Source: Polyangiales bacterium
GTDB lineage: Bacteria; Myxococcota_A; Polyangia; Polyangiales; Ga0077539
Assembly (NCBI GenBank): GCA_044229975.1
Contig: JBGARZ010000006.1
Coordinates: 160,001-224,000 of the forward strand
DNA: 64,000 nucleotides
Direction of reading: 5' to 3'
The notes under the pieces are model-generated. The model made no database searches, had not been told where the DNA came from, and saw only the letters and a list, made by a program, of their open reading frames with translations. The stretch's first letter is position 1; each line of letters starts with the position of its first letter. Positions 26,572 to 36,144 of this stretch are shown here, piece by piece. The translations under genes were made by a program, and so were the position numbers.

Positions 26572-28739
26572 GGCAGTGGCTCCGGGCTGCGTCGCCGGGT
26601 CACCAACAAGAGAATCAGGAATATGAGCACGGCATAGGCCGCGGCGTAGCCGTACTGGGCTTGTCGGGTGAAGGCCCAGCGGTAGGCCTCGCTCACGAGG
26701 ATGTCGGTCTCGCCGTCGGGCTCTCCACCCGAGACGAGAAACACCACGTTGAACTGGTTGAAGGTCCAGACGGCGCCCATCGCGACGGAGGGGCCCATCG
26801 CGGGGCGCAGCATCGGGACGGTGATCTTCCAGAACTGTTGCCATGGTGAAGCGCCGTCGACGGCGGCGGCTTCGTAGAGGTCCTTCGGGATGCCCGCGAG
26901 GGCGCCGATGGTCACCACCATCATGAAGGGAAAGCCGAGCCAGACGTTGGTCGCGACGTTGGCCGCAAACGCGGTGGAGAAGCGCGCGAACCAGCTCACG
27001 GGCTCTCCGCCGAGGGCGGTGAGCACGGCGTTTACGGCGCCGAACTGGCGATGGAACATCCCCTTCCACGCGAGCGCGGTCACGTACGAGGGCACCGCCC
27101 ACGGGATGATGAGAAGCACCCGGTAGAGGGCCTTCATTCGCAAGAGCGGTCGGGAGAGCAGGAGCGCCAGCGCGACGCCGATGGAGACGTGCAGCGTGAT
27201 GTTGACCGCCGTCCAGAGCACGGTGACCAGCAGCACCCGATAGAACGACCCCGTGGCCAGCAGCGGTCCGCCGCGGGCGACGAGGATGTCGACATAGTTG
27301 GCGAGACCGACGTAGTAGGCGTGTCCGTCGCGGGTCGCGTAGAGGGAGGTGACGGCGCCGAGGACGAGCGGGACGACCACGAGCAGCGCGAGGGTGACGG
27401 CCGCGTGGGTGACCCACGCATAGGCGGGGAGCGATCGTCGGAGGTCGCGGCGGAAGATCGGGTCGCGCAGCCCGCGGACGGCGTTGAAACACAGCGCGAG
27501 CGCGAGGGCGCCGAGGGCGAGCAGGGCGAGGGTGGCGTCGCGACGCGCAGGCAGCGGGCGGGTCACGTCGGTGAAGCGATGGAGGCCCTCGTCGAGGGCC
27601 GTGCGGGGCGATCGGTCGCCGCGCAACGCCTTCAAGATGCTCTGCCGCGCGGGCTCGAACACCGCGCGCATGTGCGGGTGCACAGGCATCGGGCGGGCGT
27701 GCGCGGCGGCCTCACGAAACACCGAGAGGACAGGGTCGCGGGCGAGGTCGGGGTCGGCGGTCCAGGCGTCGCGGGTGGCGACGACCTGGCGGCCGACGCG
27801 GGCGCGGAGCACGGCGGCGGGGACGGCGGTGAGCGCGTCGGCGAGGGAGATGGCAGCGGCGCGGTCGGCGGTGCGCGCGGAGACGAAGGCGCCCTCGACG
27901 GTGGCGTAGGGCTCCATGCGGCGACCGTCGGCGTCGAGCACGACGGGCAATGGCGCGACGCGGAAGGGGACGCGGCCGGCGAGGTCGGCGGCGAGCCAGG
28001 GGCCCGAGATGGCGGTGGCGGCGCGGCCGGTGACGAAGAGCTGGGAGACGAGGGCGCCGGAGGGTTCTTCGGGGATGACGCGGGCGCGGGTGAGGGCGAT
28101 GACGCGGGCGAGCGAGCGCTCGGCGGCGGGGCCGACGAAGGTGTAACGACCGGCGTCGTCGAGCATGGCGCCGCCGTAGGCGTGCAGGAGCGGCGCGTGG
28201 AAGTAGGCGCCGGTGGACTCATACACGAGCGGGTAAGAGTCGGCGGGGAGGCGCGGGCGGAGGGCCTCGATGGACTCCAGTGAGGGAGGGGGCTCGGCGG
28301 AGGGCCAGAGCGCGGGGTTGATGAAGAGCGCGACGCACTTCACAGAGAGGGGGAAGGCGTAGAGGTCGCCCGCGGCCGTGAGGGCGCGCACGGCGGTGTC
28401 GTCGAAGCGCGCGGCGGTGAGGGGGAAGGCGGGGTCGGAGGCGCGGGCGACGGGCGTGACGAGGCCGAGGGAGCGGTAGCTGGCGAGGCGCTCGTGGGCG
28501 TCGAGGAAGACATCGGGACCGTGGCCGTGGGGGATGGCCGACTCCAGCTTGGAGGCGTAGGCCTCGAAGGGAACAGCGAGCACATCGAGGGTCGCGGCGG
28601 GGTGGGCGCGGCGCCAGTCGTCGAGGACGCGGTCGAGGGCGGTCTGCTCGGCGCCACGATAGGCGTGCCAGAGCGTGAGGTGCTGCGCCGAGAGAGAGGG
28701 CGTGAGGAGAAGGAGGGAGAGGAGGGTCGCTGCGCCCAC
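26568..28739 (-). CDS. malF: Fused sugar-binding protein (MalE-like) + permease (MalF-like)
   Basis: Binding domain LTLWHAYRG, GPDVF, ISGPW, PMP; then TM segments with IIPWAVP, WLGFPFMM, LYEAAAVDGA. The GTG start lies inside a repeat arm, so it is uncertain. Confidence 0.85.
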   Translation of the reverse strand: MGAATLLSLLLLTPSLSAQHLTLWHAYRGAEQTALDRVLDDWRRAHPAATLDVLAVPFEAYASKLESAIPHGHGPDVFLDAHERLASYRSLGLVTPVARASDPAFPLTAARFDDTAVRALTAAGDLYAFPLSVKCVALFINPALWPSAEPPPSLESIEALRPRLPADSYPLVYESTGAYFHAPLLHAYGGAMLDDAGRYTFVGPAAERSLARVIALTRARVIPEEPSGALVSQLFVTGRAATAISGPWLAADLAGRVPFRVAPLPVVLDADGRRMEPYATVEGAFVSARTADRAAAISLADALTAVPAAVLRARVGRQVVATRDAWTADPDLARDPVLSVFREAAAHARPMPVHPHMRAVFEPARQSILKALRGDRSPRTALDEGLHRFTDVTRPLPARRDATLALLALGALALALCFNAVRGLRDPIFRRDLRRSLPAYAWVTHAAVTLALLVVVPLVLGAVTSLYATRDGHAYYVGLANYVDILVARGGPLLATGSFYRVLLVTVLWTAVNITLHVSIGVALALLLSRPLLRMKALYRVLLIIPWAVPSYVTALAWKGMFHRQFGAVNAVLTALGGEPVSWFARFSTAFAANVATNVWLGFPFMMVVTIGALAGIPKDLYEAAAVDGASPWQQFWKITVPMLRPAMGPSVAMGAVWTFNQFNVVFLVSGGEPDGETDILVSEAYRWAFTRQAQYGYAAAYAVLIFLILLLVTRRRSPEPLP

Positions 28740-28972
28740 TTGGAGGCCGGGGTTGGTCGCGTCCCGCGCCTGCACCCCGGGCAAGCGAAAGCCGGCGCCC
28801 CTCCGGGGCTTTCGGAAGGTCGTCACGACGCTCACTGAGCTGCCCGACATTCGCCGATCGGCTGAGATCGATGTCGGTGATCGCTTCTGGAAGCCCCGGA
28901 GGGGCGCCTGCTTTCGCTTGCCCGGGGTGCAGGCGCGGGACGCGACCAACCCCGGCCCCCAAGCGGGCGCAG
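28730..28972. repeat. Long inverted repeat, 89-bp arms and 65-nt spacer (REPIN/MITE-like, family C)
   Basis: 28730-28818 pairs with 28884-28972 with about 5 mismatches; each arm contains internal hairpins (ccggggt...accccgg and gcccctccggggc). Confidence 0.92.
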
Positions 28973-28992
28973 AGGTTGTGAGAGTAGCAGGC

Positions 28993-30075
28993 TCACGTCC
29001 CCTCCGCGTCGAAGGCGCGCTCGGTCTCCGGGTCAAACAAATGCACCGCCTCCGCGGCGACCCGCAGCCGCAGCACGTCGCCCGCCTTCGGCAACACCGC
29101 GCCGCCTTCGAGGCGCGCCACGAAGGCCACGTCACCCACCTTGCCGTGCGCGTACGCCTCGAAGCCCATCGGCTCGACCACCTCGACGCGCAGATGCACC
29201 TCTCCCTCCGGGTCGGGGACCACGTCGTGCGGACGCACCCCGATGACCACCGGGCGCTTCGGCGTCGCGCGGGCGAAGCGCGCCGGGTCGACCGCCACGC
29301 GCAGGCCCGGCGCCTCGGCGGAGCGACCGGCGTCGTCGATGAGGCCGGTGAGGAAGTTCATGGAGGGTGAGCCCATGAAGGCCGCGACGAAGCGCGACAC
29401 CGGGCGCTGGTAGACCTCCAACGGCGGCCCTTGCTGCTCGACGGCGCCCGCACGCAACACCACCAGACGATCGGCCAGGGTCATGGCCTCCACCTGGTCG
29501 TGGGTCACGTAGATCATCGTGGCGCCGAGGCTCGCGTGCAGGCGCTTGATCTCGACGCGCACCTGCGCCCGCAGCGCCGCGTCGAGGTTGCTCAGCGGCT
29601 CATCAAACAGAAACACCTGCGGCCGACGAACCACCGCCCGCCCCATCGCCACGCGCTGCCGCTGGCCACCGGACATCTCCCGGGGGAAGCGGTCGAGCAG
29701 GGCTTCGATGGTGAGCATGCGCGCGACCTCGGCCACGCGGGCGGCGATCTCCTTCGGGTCGACGCCGCGGAGCTTCAGCCCGAAGGCGAGGTTGTCCCGC
29801 ACGGTGAGGTGCGGATAGAGCGCGTAGCTCTGAAACACCATCGCGATGTCGCGGTCGCGCGGGGGCGCGCGGGTGACGTCGCGGTCGCCGAGGCGGATGG
29901 TCCCCTCGTCGGGCTCTTCGAGGCCCGCGATGGTGCGGAGCAGCGTGCTCTTGCCGCAGCCCGACGGCCCCACCAGCACCGCGAACTCCCCGTCGGTCAG
30001 CGACAGGTCGATGCCGCGCAAGATCAGGTTGGGCCCGAGCGACTTGCGGATCCCTCGCAAACTGACGGCGGCCAC
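28993..30075 (-). CDS. malK: Sugar ABC transporter ATP-binding subunit (MalK/UgpC)
   Basis: VGPSGCGKST, AMVFQSYALYPH, MSGGQRQRVAMGR, FLFDEPLSNLDA, YVTHDQVEAMTLAD, C-terminal TOBE domain. Confidence 0.93.
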   Translation of the reverse strand: MAAVSLRGIRKSLGPNLILRGIDLSLTDGEFAVLVGPSGCGKSTLLRTIAGLEEPDEGTIRLGDRDVTRAPPRDRDIAMVFQSYALYPHLTVRDNLAFGLKLRGVDPKEIAARVAEVARMLTIEALLDRFPREMSGGQRQRVAMGRAVVRRPQVFLFDEPLSNLDAALRAQVRVEIKRLHASLGATMIYVTHDQVEAMTLADRLVVLRAGAVEQQGPPLEVYQRPVSRFVAAFMGSPSMNFLTGLIDDAGRSAEAPGLRVAVDPARFARATPKRPVVIGVRPHDVVPDPEGEVHLRVEVVEPMGFEAYAHGKVGDVAFVARLEGGAVLPKAGDVLRLRVAAEAVHLFDPETERAFDAEGT

Positions 30076-30159
30076 GAGCGCGAGTGTTTCAGAACTACCC
30101 CCTCGTTGGAACCTCCATATCTCCCCTCCCGCCCGCGCGCTTCGGGATAGGGTCCGCCC

Positions 30160-31461
30160 GTGCGTCGCCCCCTGCTCCTGCTTTTGCTCTGCGCCGCGGC
30201 GACGCTGTGCGCCTGGGCCGCGGTGACGGGCGACCCCCTCCTCGACGACATGCGCCTCGTCCCGCTGCGTCGGCCCTTCCCCGCCGCCGACATCTTCGCG
30301 CAGCCGCCGCGCTGGCAGCCCGCGGTGACCCTCTCCTTCCGCGCCGTCGCCGCCCTCTCGCCGCGCCGCTTCGCCACCGCCGTCTCGCTCCACCACCTCT
30401 TCTCGCTGGCGCTGTTTCTCGTCGCCGTCGGGCTGCTCCTCGGCCTCGCGCCCACCCGTCCGCCCGGCGCCACCGTCCGCCCGTGGCACGCGCTCGTCCT
30501 CGCCGCCTTCGCGCTGCACCCCACCCTCGTCGAGGCCTACGGCCACCTCTCGGGTCGCGGCGAGGCCATCGCCCTCGCCGCCCTCGCCGCCCTCGCGCTC
30601 ACCCTCCAGCGCGGCCACCGCGCGCTCCCGCTCGGTTTTACCCTCCTCGGTATGGCCGCCTCGCCCGTCGCGGGCCCCGCCGCTGTCGCCCTCGCCGCGG
30701 GCGCCGCGCTCGATGACCCGTCCGCCCGCTCGCGACGCACGGCCCTCGCCGTCGCGCTCACCGCCGTCGTCACGGCGCTCGTCACCTGGGGGCCCGCTCC
30801 GACCTTCGCGACCGTGCTCCGCTGGGCCGCGCGCATCCCGCGCGCCGTGTCCGTCGTCGCGCGCACCCTGCTCGTCCCCACCGAGACCGCCCTCCGCCTC
30901 CCCCACTGGGAACTCTCCCGTCCCCTCACCCTCGTCGGATGGTTCCTGGCGGCGCTGCCTTTACTCGTCAGCGTATTCCTCTGGCGTCGCGGGGCCCGCG
31001 GCTCGGCCGTCAGGGTGCTGGGCGTCGCGGCGTGCGCGCTCCCGCTGGTGATGCGGGCCGACTCCCTCGCCTTCGGGCTCGACCGCTACCTCGTGGGCCC
31101 GCTGGTGCTGGTGGGCGTGTCCGCGCTCGCCGCTCCGCCGCCCGCCTGGATCGCCGCGCTCTCCATCCCCGCCCGCCGCCTGGTGGGCGCTTCGGCGGTG
31201 GCGCTGTTGGCGTTGCTGGGCTTCATGACGCAACAGACGGCGGGCGGCTTCGTGTCCGACGCGCACCAGCTCGACGCCATGACCCAGATGCGCCCGCGCG
31301 ACCCGTCGGGTCACCTCCGCAACGCGTGGTTCGCCGTGCGCACCGGCGACCAGAACACCACCCAGCGCGGGCTGCGCGGCGCCACGCGTCAACCGCTGAC
31401 GCCGCTGATGGCCCGGGTCGCGCGCGCCATCAGGACGGCCGCGGCGGGGCGGCGCCCGTAG
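30160..31461 (+). CDS. Multi-pass membrane protein, TMTC/GT-C glycosyltransferase-like (divergent)
   Basis: LLDD after TM1, HPTLVEAYGHLSGRGE (cf. HPxxxEAVxxxxGRxE), DRYLVGP (cf. ERYLYxP). Confidence 0.6.
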   Translation: MRRPLLLLLLCAAATLCAWAAVTGDPLLDDMRLVPLRRPFPAADIFAQPPRWQPAVTLSFRAVAALSPRRFATAVSLHHLFSLALFLVAVGLLLGLAPTRPPGATVRPWHALVLAAFALHPTLVEAYGHLSGRGEAIALAALAALALTLQRGHRALPLGFTLLGMAASPVAGPAAVALAAGAALDDPSARSRRTALAVALTAVVTALVTWGPAPTFATVLRWAARIPRAVSVVARTLLVPTETALRLPHWELSRPLTLVGWFLAALPLLVSVFLWRRGARGSAVRVLGVAACALPLVMRADSLAFGLDRYLVGPLVLVGVSALAAPPPAWIAALSIPARRLVGASAVALLALLGFMTQQTAGGFVSDAHQLDAMTQMRPRDPSGHLRNAWFAVRTGDQNTTQRGLRGATRQPLTPLMARVARAIRTAAAGRRP

Positions 31462-32599
31462 GGCGGAGAAAACGTCGGCGCAGGTAGCGCTGGGCCGGGT
31501 CTTCGAGGCCGTGGTGCAGCGCCGCGGCGATGATGCTGTGGAGGACATAGAGCACCAGCAGGGCGATCCACTCGCGGTGGATGAAGCGCTGGACGTAGCG
31601 CGCGAGCCACATGGAGAGGAGGGCGCTGCCGATGACGGCGTCCTGCGAGAGATAGAGGGAAAAGGAGATGCGCCCCGCGTACACGACGGGGCGCGCGGCG
31701 AAGAGGGGAGTCAACCACGAGCGGCCGTAGAGCCCGAGGATGGTCAGCGCGCCGCCGGCGGAGAAGAGCCGGACGACGACGCGGTAGGCAGGGTTGGCCC
31801 CGGCTCCGACGGCGCCGCCACGGGACTCCATCCACCACGCCGACCACCACCAGACGGCGGCGCCGAGGAGGACGAGGGCGGTCGATCGGGCGCGCGAGCG
31901 CAGCCACGGGCTGTCGGGGAAGCGCAGCGCGACGAGGCCCGCGAGGATGCCGCAGGCGAAGTCCGAGAAGCGGCTGAGGAGGGTCATGCCCCACAGGCCG
32001 TCGTCCCAGGCGCCGAAGGCGATGCCGCGGAGAACCTGGATGTCGCCGGTGAGGGTGATGCCCGCCTCGGTGATGATGAAGAGGGCGACCGCGACGGCGA
32101 GGAGGCGCGCGACGGCGGAGGCGTTCGGGCGGGCGCGCTCGATGGCGCCGAGCATGGCGAAGAGGATCGGGACGACGAGGTAGAAGGACTCCTCCAGGCA
32201 GAGGGTCCACATGGGCGGGTTGATGGTTCCGCGGTAGTCGGGGAAGTAGACGTGCGTGAGCGTGAGGTGGGCGACGACGTCGGCGAGCGGCCGCGGGGCG
32301 GCGGTGACGAGCGTGACGGCGATGAGCGCCCAGGTGAGCGGGAGCACCCGGAAGGCGCGCTTGAGGAAGTAGTCGCGGAGGGACACGGCGCCCGCGACGA
32401 AGGCGTCGAAGTAGAGAATGGTGAAGAGGAAACCCGAGAGGGCGAAGAAGAGGTTGACGCCCGTCCAGCCGTACTTGAGCGGCCACGCGTGGCGGCCTCC
32501 CCAGCGGGCGCCCATGTGGCCGAAGAGCACCATCGCCGCCGCGAGCGCGCGAAACCCGGTGAGCGCGGGGACCTGGGTGCTGTCGCGTCCCTGACTCAC
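31430..32599 (-). CDS. Acyltransferase-3 family membrane O-acyltransferase
   Basis: PALTGFRALAAAMVLFGH, GVNLFFALSGFL, KRAFRVLP, WTLCLEESFY, GRISFSLYL; GTGA coupling to the upstream gene. Confidence 0.9.
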   Translation of the reverse strand: MSQGRDSTQVPALTGFRALAAAMVLFGHMGARWGGRHAWPLKYGWTGVNLFFALSGFLFTILYFDAFVAGAVSLRDYFLKRAFRVLPLTWALIAVTLVTAAPRPLADVVAHLTLTHVYFPDYRGTINPPMWTLCLEESFYLVVPILFAMLGAIERARPNASAVARLLAVAVALFIITEAGITLTGDIQVLRGIAFGAWDDGLWGMTLLSRFSDFACGILAGLVALRFPDSPWLRSRARSTALVLLGAAVWWWSAWWMESRGGAVGAGANPAYRVVVRLFSAGGALTILGLYGRSWLTPLFAARPVVYAGRISFSLYLSQDAVIGSALLSMWLARYVQRFIHREWIALLVLYVLHSIIAAALHHGLEDPAQRYLRRRFLRPTGAAPPRPS

Positions 32600-33468
32600 T
32601 CCGCCATCCCCACGGCCCAGCCCATCGTGTACCGCGCGTTGACGTCGCAGCACGCCACGAACCCATCCGTCCACCGATACCCGTCCACGCCCAACGGCCC
32701 CCAGTAACCCACCGCCCGCAGCGCCTGCACCACCGCCTCCATCGCCCCATCCATCGCCCGCGACTCCGCCTCCGTCAGCGTCCCCACCCCCGCGCGCTCG
32801 GTCGCTGCCCACGCGCCGAAGTCGTCGCACCGCTGCACCGTCAGCGCGCCCCACCGCGCTTCACCATCTCGCGCGAGCTCACCGTGCAGCGCCACATCCA
32901 GCGTGCGCGTCACCTCGGGCTCCACCTGCAACCCCTCGCCCGTCGCCAGCGCCGCGTCGACCCACTTCGTCACGTGTGCATCGTCTGCCCCGTCGCGCCA
33001 TCGACAGCGACCACGCCCGTTGTACGAGTACGCCCGCTTCAACAGCCACGCGCCCGTCACCGACCCCCGCGCCACCGCCTCTTCGTACTCCGCTCGCGTC
33101 ATCACATACCGCGCGCCCGGCAGCTCCTCGACGCGCCCCGCCATCAAGCGCCGATGGTTCGCCGCGCGCAGCACCTCCGCCGACGGCGCCTCGGTCACCC
33201 GCGCGCCCGCTCGCGACAGCGCCCGCAGCGCCCGCGGCGTCGGGCACCACGCGACGCCCGCCGCTCCCCGCCACGCCGGGTCGTACGCCGCGAACTCGTC
33301 GAGCCGCGCGTCGCCCTCCCGCATCAAGCGCGACCGTCGCGCGAGCTCCTCGAAGCGCCCGCGCAGCGACGCCGACGGCGTCATCGAACCCGGTCGCGCG
33401 AGCTCGTCCTCGGCGTCGAGGTTGAAGACCCAGAGCCGACGCTCGTCGTCCGTCGCCTGGGCTCCCAC
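32596..33468 (-). CDS. ATP-grasp-like hypothetical protein
   Basis: WLLKRAYSYNGRGR, VEPEV, GYWGPLGVDG, DVNARYTMG (ExNxR-like); GTG start lies inside a repeat arm, so it is uncertain. Confidence 0.65.
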   Translation of the reverse strand: MGAQATDDERRLWVFNLDAEDELARPGSMTPSASLRGRFEELARRSRLMREGDARLDEFAAYDPAWRGAAGVAWCPTPRALRALSRAGARVTEAPSAEVLRAANHRRLMAGRVEELPGARYVMTRAEYEEAVARGSVTGAWLLKRAYSYNGRGRCRWRDGADDAHVTKWVDAALATGEGLQVEPEVTRTLDVALHGELARDGEARWGALTVQRCDDFGAWAATERAGVGTLTEAESRAMDGAMEAVVQALRAVGYWGPLGVDGYRWTDGFVACCDVNARYTMGWAVGMAE

Positions 33469-33596
33469 GCCGTCAGTCCCCGTCCTTACCCGGAGGGACG
33501 TGACCGCTACGTCGACCCAACGCGGTTCGGACCGTGGACCGTAGGCGTTGGCGGTCACGTCCCTCCGGGTAAGGACGGGGACTGACGGCGTGGGAG
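33462..33596. repeat. Perfect 46-bp inverted repeat, 43-nt spacer (REP/MITE-like, family D)
   Basis: ctcccacgccgtcagtccccgtccttacccggagggacgtgaccgc (33462-33507) pairs exactly with 33551-33596. Confidence 0.92.
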
Positions 33597-33618
33597 TCGT
33601 ACCGGCCTCGCGAGCCCA

Positions 33619-34425
33619 TCACGCCCGTCCTCCCGGATCAAACGTCACCGCGCCGAGTAGTTCGATGAACAGCGGGTCCATGCCCGCGCGCCCGCGGCGC
33701 TCGACGTCCAGCGGCAGTCCCCGCAACAACACCGGCGACATCGGCGGCGGCAGGTGCGCCCTCCACGTCTCGAAATCCGCCGCGCCCGCGAAGCGCCTGA
33801 ACCAGTGCAGCGCGAAGCGCACATGCGGCAGCTCCTCTTCGCCCACCAGCATCTGCAGGTCCGCCCCGCGCTCGTCGCCCGCCTCGCGCAACCAGCGTGT
33901 GTACCGCTGGCTGTGATCGAGGTTGGCCGCCTCCAGGCCCATGCCCATCACCGCGCAGAATTCCGCCGGGCTCTTCGCCGCCGGGACCCTCTGCCAGAAC
34001 CAGTCGCGCACCCCGAAATCGCCCACCGCGCAGCCCAGCGACTCCAGCGCCTCGCGGTACATCGCCATGTGCCGCACTTCATCCAACAGGATGTTCGCGA
34101 GCCCACGCCGAAACGCCAGCGGCGTCTCCGGGTACGCCACGATGGCCCAGGCCATCAGCTCCGCCGCCTGCATCTCGTGATGCATGAACGTGTGAAACAA
34201 CCACGCGCGCTTCTTCGGGTCGCGCAGCGCGTTGGCCTTCGGGCTCTTCTCCGCCCGCTCGATGACCCTGATCTCCTTCGGTCGACCCGGTCGCAGCGCG
34301 GGTGACGCAATCGCAACCGCCCCGTCGTCCTCCGCCGACGGAATCGGCGGAGGCGCGAACTTCACCGACAGCTCATCGGACAACAGGTACGCGCGCGCCC
34401 ACTCGTGCAGCGCGTGCGACGTCAC
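33619..34425 (-). CDS. Ferritin-like diiron protein (DUF455-like)
   Basis: HTFMHHEMQAAE, DEVRH, EAANLD, EELPH ligand sets; GTG start overlaps the upstream stop. Confidence 0.8.
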   Translation of the reverse strand: MTSHALHEWARAYLLSDELSVKFAPPPIPSAEDDGAVAIASPALRPGRPKEIRVIERAEKSPKANALRDPKKRAWLFHTFMHHEMQAAELMAWAIVAYPETPLAFRRGLANILLDEVRHMAMYREALESLGCAVGDFGVRDWFWQRVPAAKSPAEFCAVMGMGLEAANLDHSQRYTRWLREAGDERGADLQMLVGEEELPHVRFALHWFRRFAGAADFETWRAHLPPPMSPVLLRGLPLDVERRGRAGMDPLFIELLGAVTFDPGGRA

Positions 34426-36062
34426 GGAGGCGCGCCGAGGCAGCGGCCGCCGATGCAGGTCTCGCCCGCGGCGCACACCATCCCCGAGCCGCACTCCTGG
34501 CGCGTCACCGACGGAACCCACTGCGCGATGTGGTTGCCCTGGTCGATGTTCTGGAAGGGCAGCCAGAAGGCCGGCGTGCTCGGGTCGCCGCCCGTCGTCG
34601 TCGGACGGAACGCCGCCATCCAGAGCTGCGTGGTGCGCATGCCGGGCTCGCGCCCCTGCTGACGAATGCGCAGGCCGTAGTCACGACGGCTGGAGAACGT
34701 GAGCCACAGCAGGGGCTCGTCGACCTCGCCGCCGGTGCGCTCGACGAAGGGCGTCCACTTCGGCCACGAGTTGCCGTTGGCGTCGCCGCCGTCGGCGCGC
34801 GCCAGGCGGATGGGCTCGGCGCTCCCGCTCACCGCCTTCACCCAGAGCTGCGCGCCGATGTTGCTCGACGACTCCCCGTACGCCCGATTGAACAACACCC
34901 ATCGGTTGTCGGGAGAGAACGAGGGATAGTAGTTGTTGACGTCGGTGCTGCGCAGAAACATCGAGGCCGCGCCGAACGCGGTGCCCGTCCATGGCATCAA
35001 CACCAGGTCGGCCGGGCCCGAGTGGCCCGTCGGGCCGCCGAAGCCCTGCGGGCGCGAAAACACCGCCTGCGTGCCGTCGGGCGACCAGTCGGGCATCGAC
35101 CCGACGGTGTTGGGGGCGAGCCCGGGCACCGACTGCCCGTTGGCGCCGTCGAGCAGCTGCATGACCGAGCCGTTGGACGCGAGGTAGCGGGCGTTGTCGG
35201 GCGAGAAGGTTCCGAAGCTTGAGTAGAAGGGTGTGCCGCGGGCCTCGCGCGTGCCCACGTCGAGGATGGGCGTCGGCGTGAAGCCGGGGATGGGACCGCG
35301 CCCGGCCCAGATGCGCGAGCCGTCGCGGGAGAGCGCGTGGCAGCCGTAGCAGCCGATGAGGTCGCCGCGGAGGAAGATCTCGGCGCGCGCGTCGGCCGCG
35401 CCCAGGTCGTAGCGAACGATGCTGCCCGACGCCGCCCACCAGTACACGGCGCCGCGGAGCGAGTCGCGCGTGATGCCGAGCGTGATGGGCGCCGAGGTGC
35501 CGACAGGCGTGGGCTCGCCGGTGTCGGTCGTGCGGGTGCCGCGCACGGTGACGGTGACGCTGCCGCGCCCGCGGCCGGCCTCGGCGATCTGCGCGAGGTC
35601 GGCCGGGGCGAGGATGAGCGTGCAGCCGCCGCCGACGGGCGTGCAGCGGGTGTAGAAGCGCGCGACCTGCACCGAGCCGGCGAAGGCCACCTCGAAGAGG
35701 CTGTTGTCCACGCCCGGCCGGAAATGGATCTCGAAGGACGGGAGGTTGGGCGGGATGATGGTGTCGGTCTCGGGGTAGACGATGGAGGGCGCACCCGCCG
35801 CATCGTCGGGCCCGCTGAAGCGCATCGCGGAGTCGGCGGGCGCGTCGGGCCGAACGTTGTCGCGCACCGTCTGCACCGGCGGACGATCGACGGGAAAGCC
35901 CGCGTCGGTGGGCGTCACCGCGCCGTTGTCGACGACCGCGCCCGCGTCCCTCACGCCCGTGTCGGCCGGGCTCGCGTCGGGGCGAAACACTCGCGCGGGC
36001 TCTTCCGAGCACCCCACCGCCGCCGTCATCAACGCCGCGATCACCGCTGTCCTGGCCCGCAT
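34422..36062 (-). CDS. Myxobacterial TolB-like (PD40) beta-propeller lipoprotein
   Basis: AAVGC lipobox, PSIVYPE...IPPN, CYGCHALSRDG, PDWSPDG, YYPSFSPD, NSWPKW, FSSRRDYG, AFWLPFQ; Cys-rich tail. Confidence 0.82.
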   Translation of the reverse strand: MRARTAVIAALMTAAVGCSEEPARVFRPDASPADTGVRDAGAVVDNGAVTPTDAGFPVDRPPVQTVRDNVRPDAPADSAMRFSGPDDAAGAPSIVYPETDTIIPPNLPSFEIHFRPGVDNSLFEVAFAGSVQVARFYTRCTPVGGGCTLILAPADLAQIAEAGRGRGSVTVTVRGTRTTDTGEPTPVGTSAPITLGITRDSLRGAVYWWAASGSIVRYDLGAADARAEIFLRGDLIGCYGCHALSRDGSRIWAGRGPIPGFTPTPILDVGTREARGTPFYSSFGTFSPDNARYLASNGSVMQLLDGANGQSVPGLAPNTVGSMPDWSPDGTQAVFSRPQGFGGPTGHSGPADLVLMPWTGTAFGAASMFLRSTDVNNYYPSFSPDNRWVLFNRAYGESSSNIGAQLWVKAVSGSAEPIRLARADGGDANGNSWPKWTPFVERTGGEVDEPLLWLTFSSRRDYGLRIRQQGREPGMRTTQLWMAAFRPTTTGGDPSTPAFWLPFQNIDQGNHIAQWVPSVTRQECGSGMVCAAGETCIGGRCLGAPP

Positions 36063-36144
36063 GACGCTCCTGTGTGGATGGTCGGGAATTGCCGTGACGT
36101 TCCGACCGACGAGACTCCTTGCCACAATCGTCGACGCGCTGGCA

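Noticed and set aside
26568..29135. 855-aa version of the binding protein-permease fusion
   Set aside because: The extension reads through the inverted repeat (it translates the palindrome) and overlaps malK.
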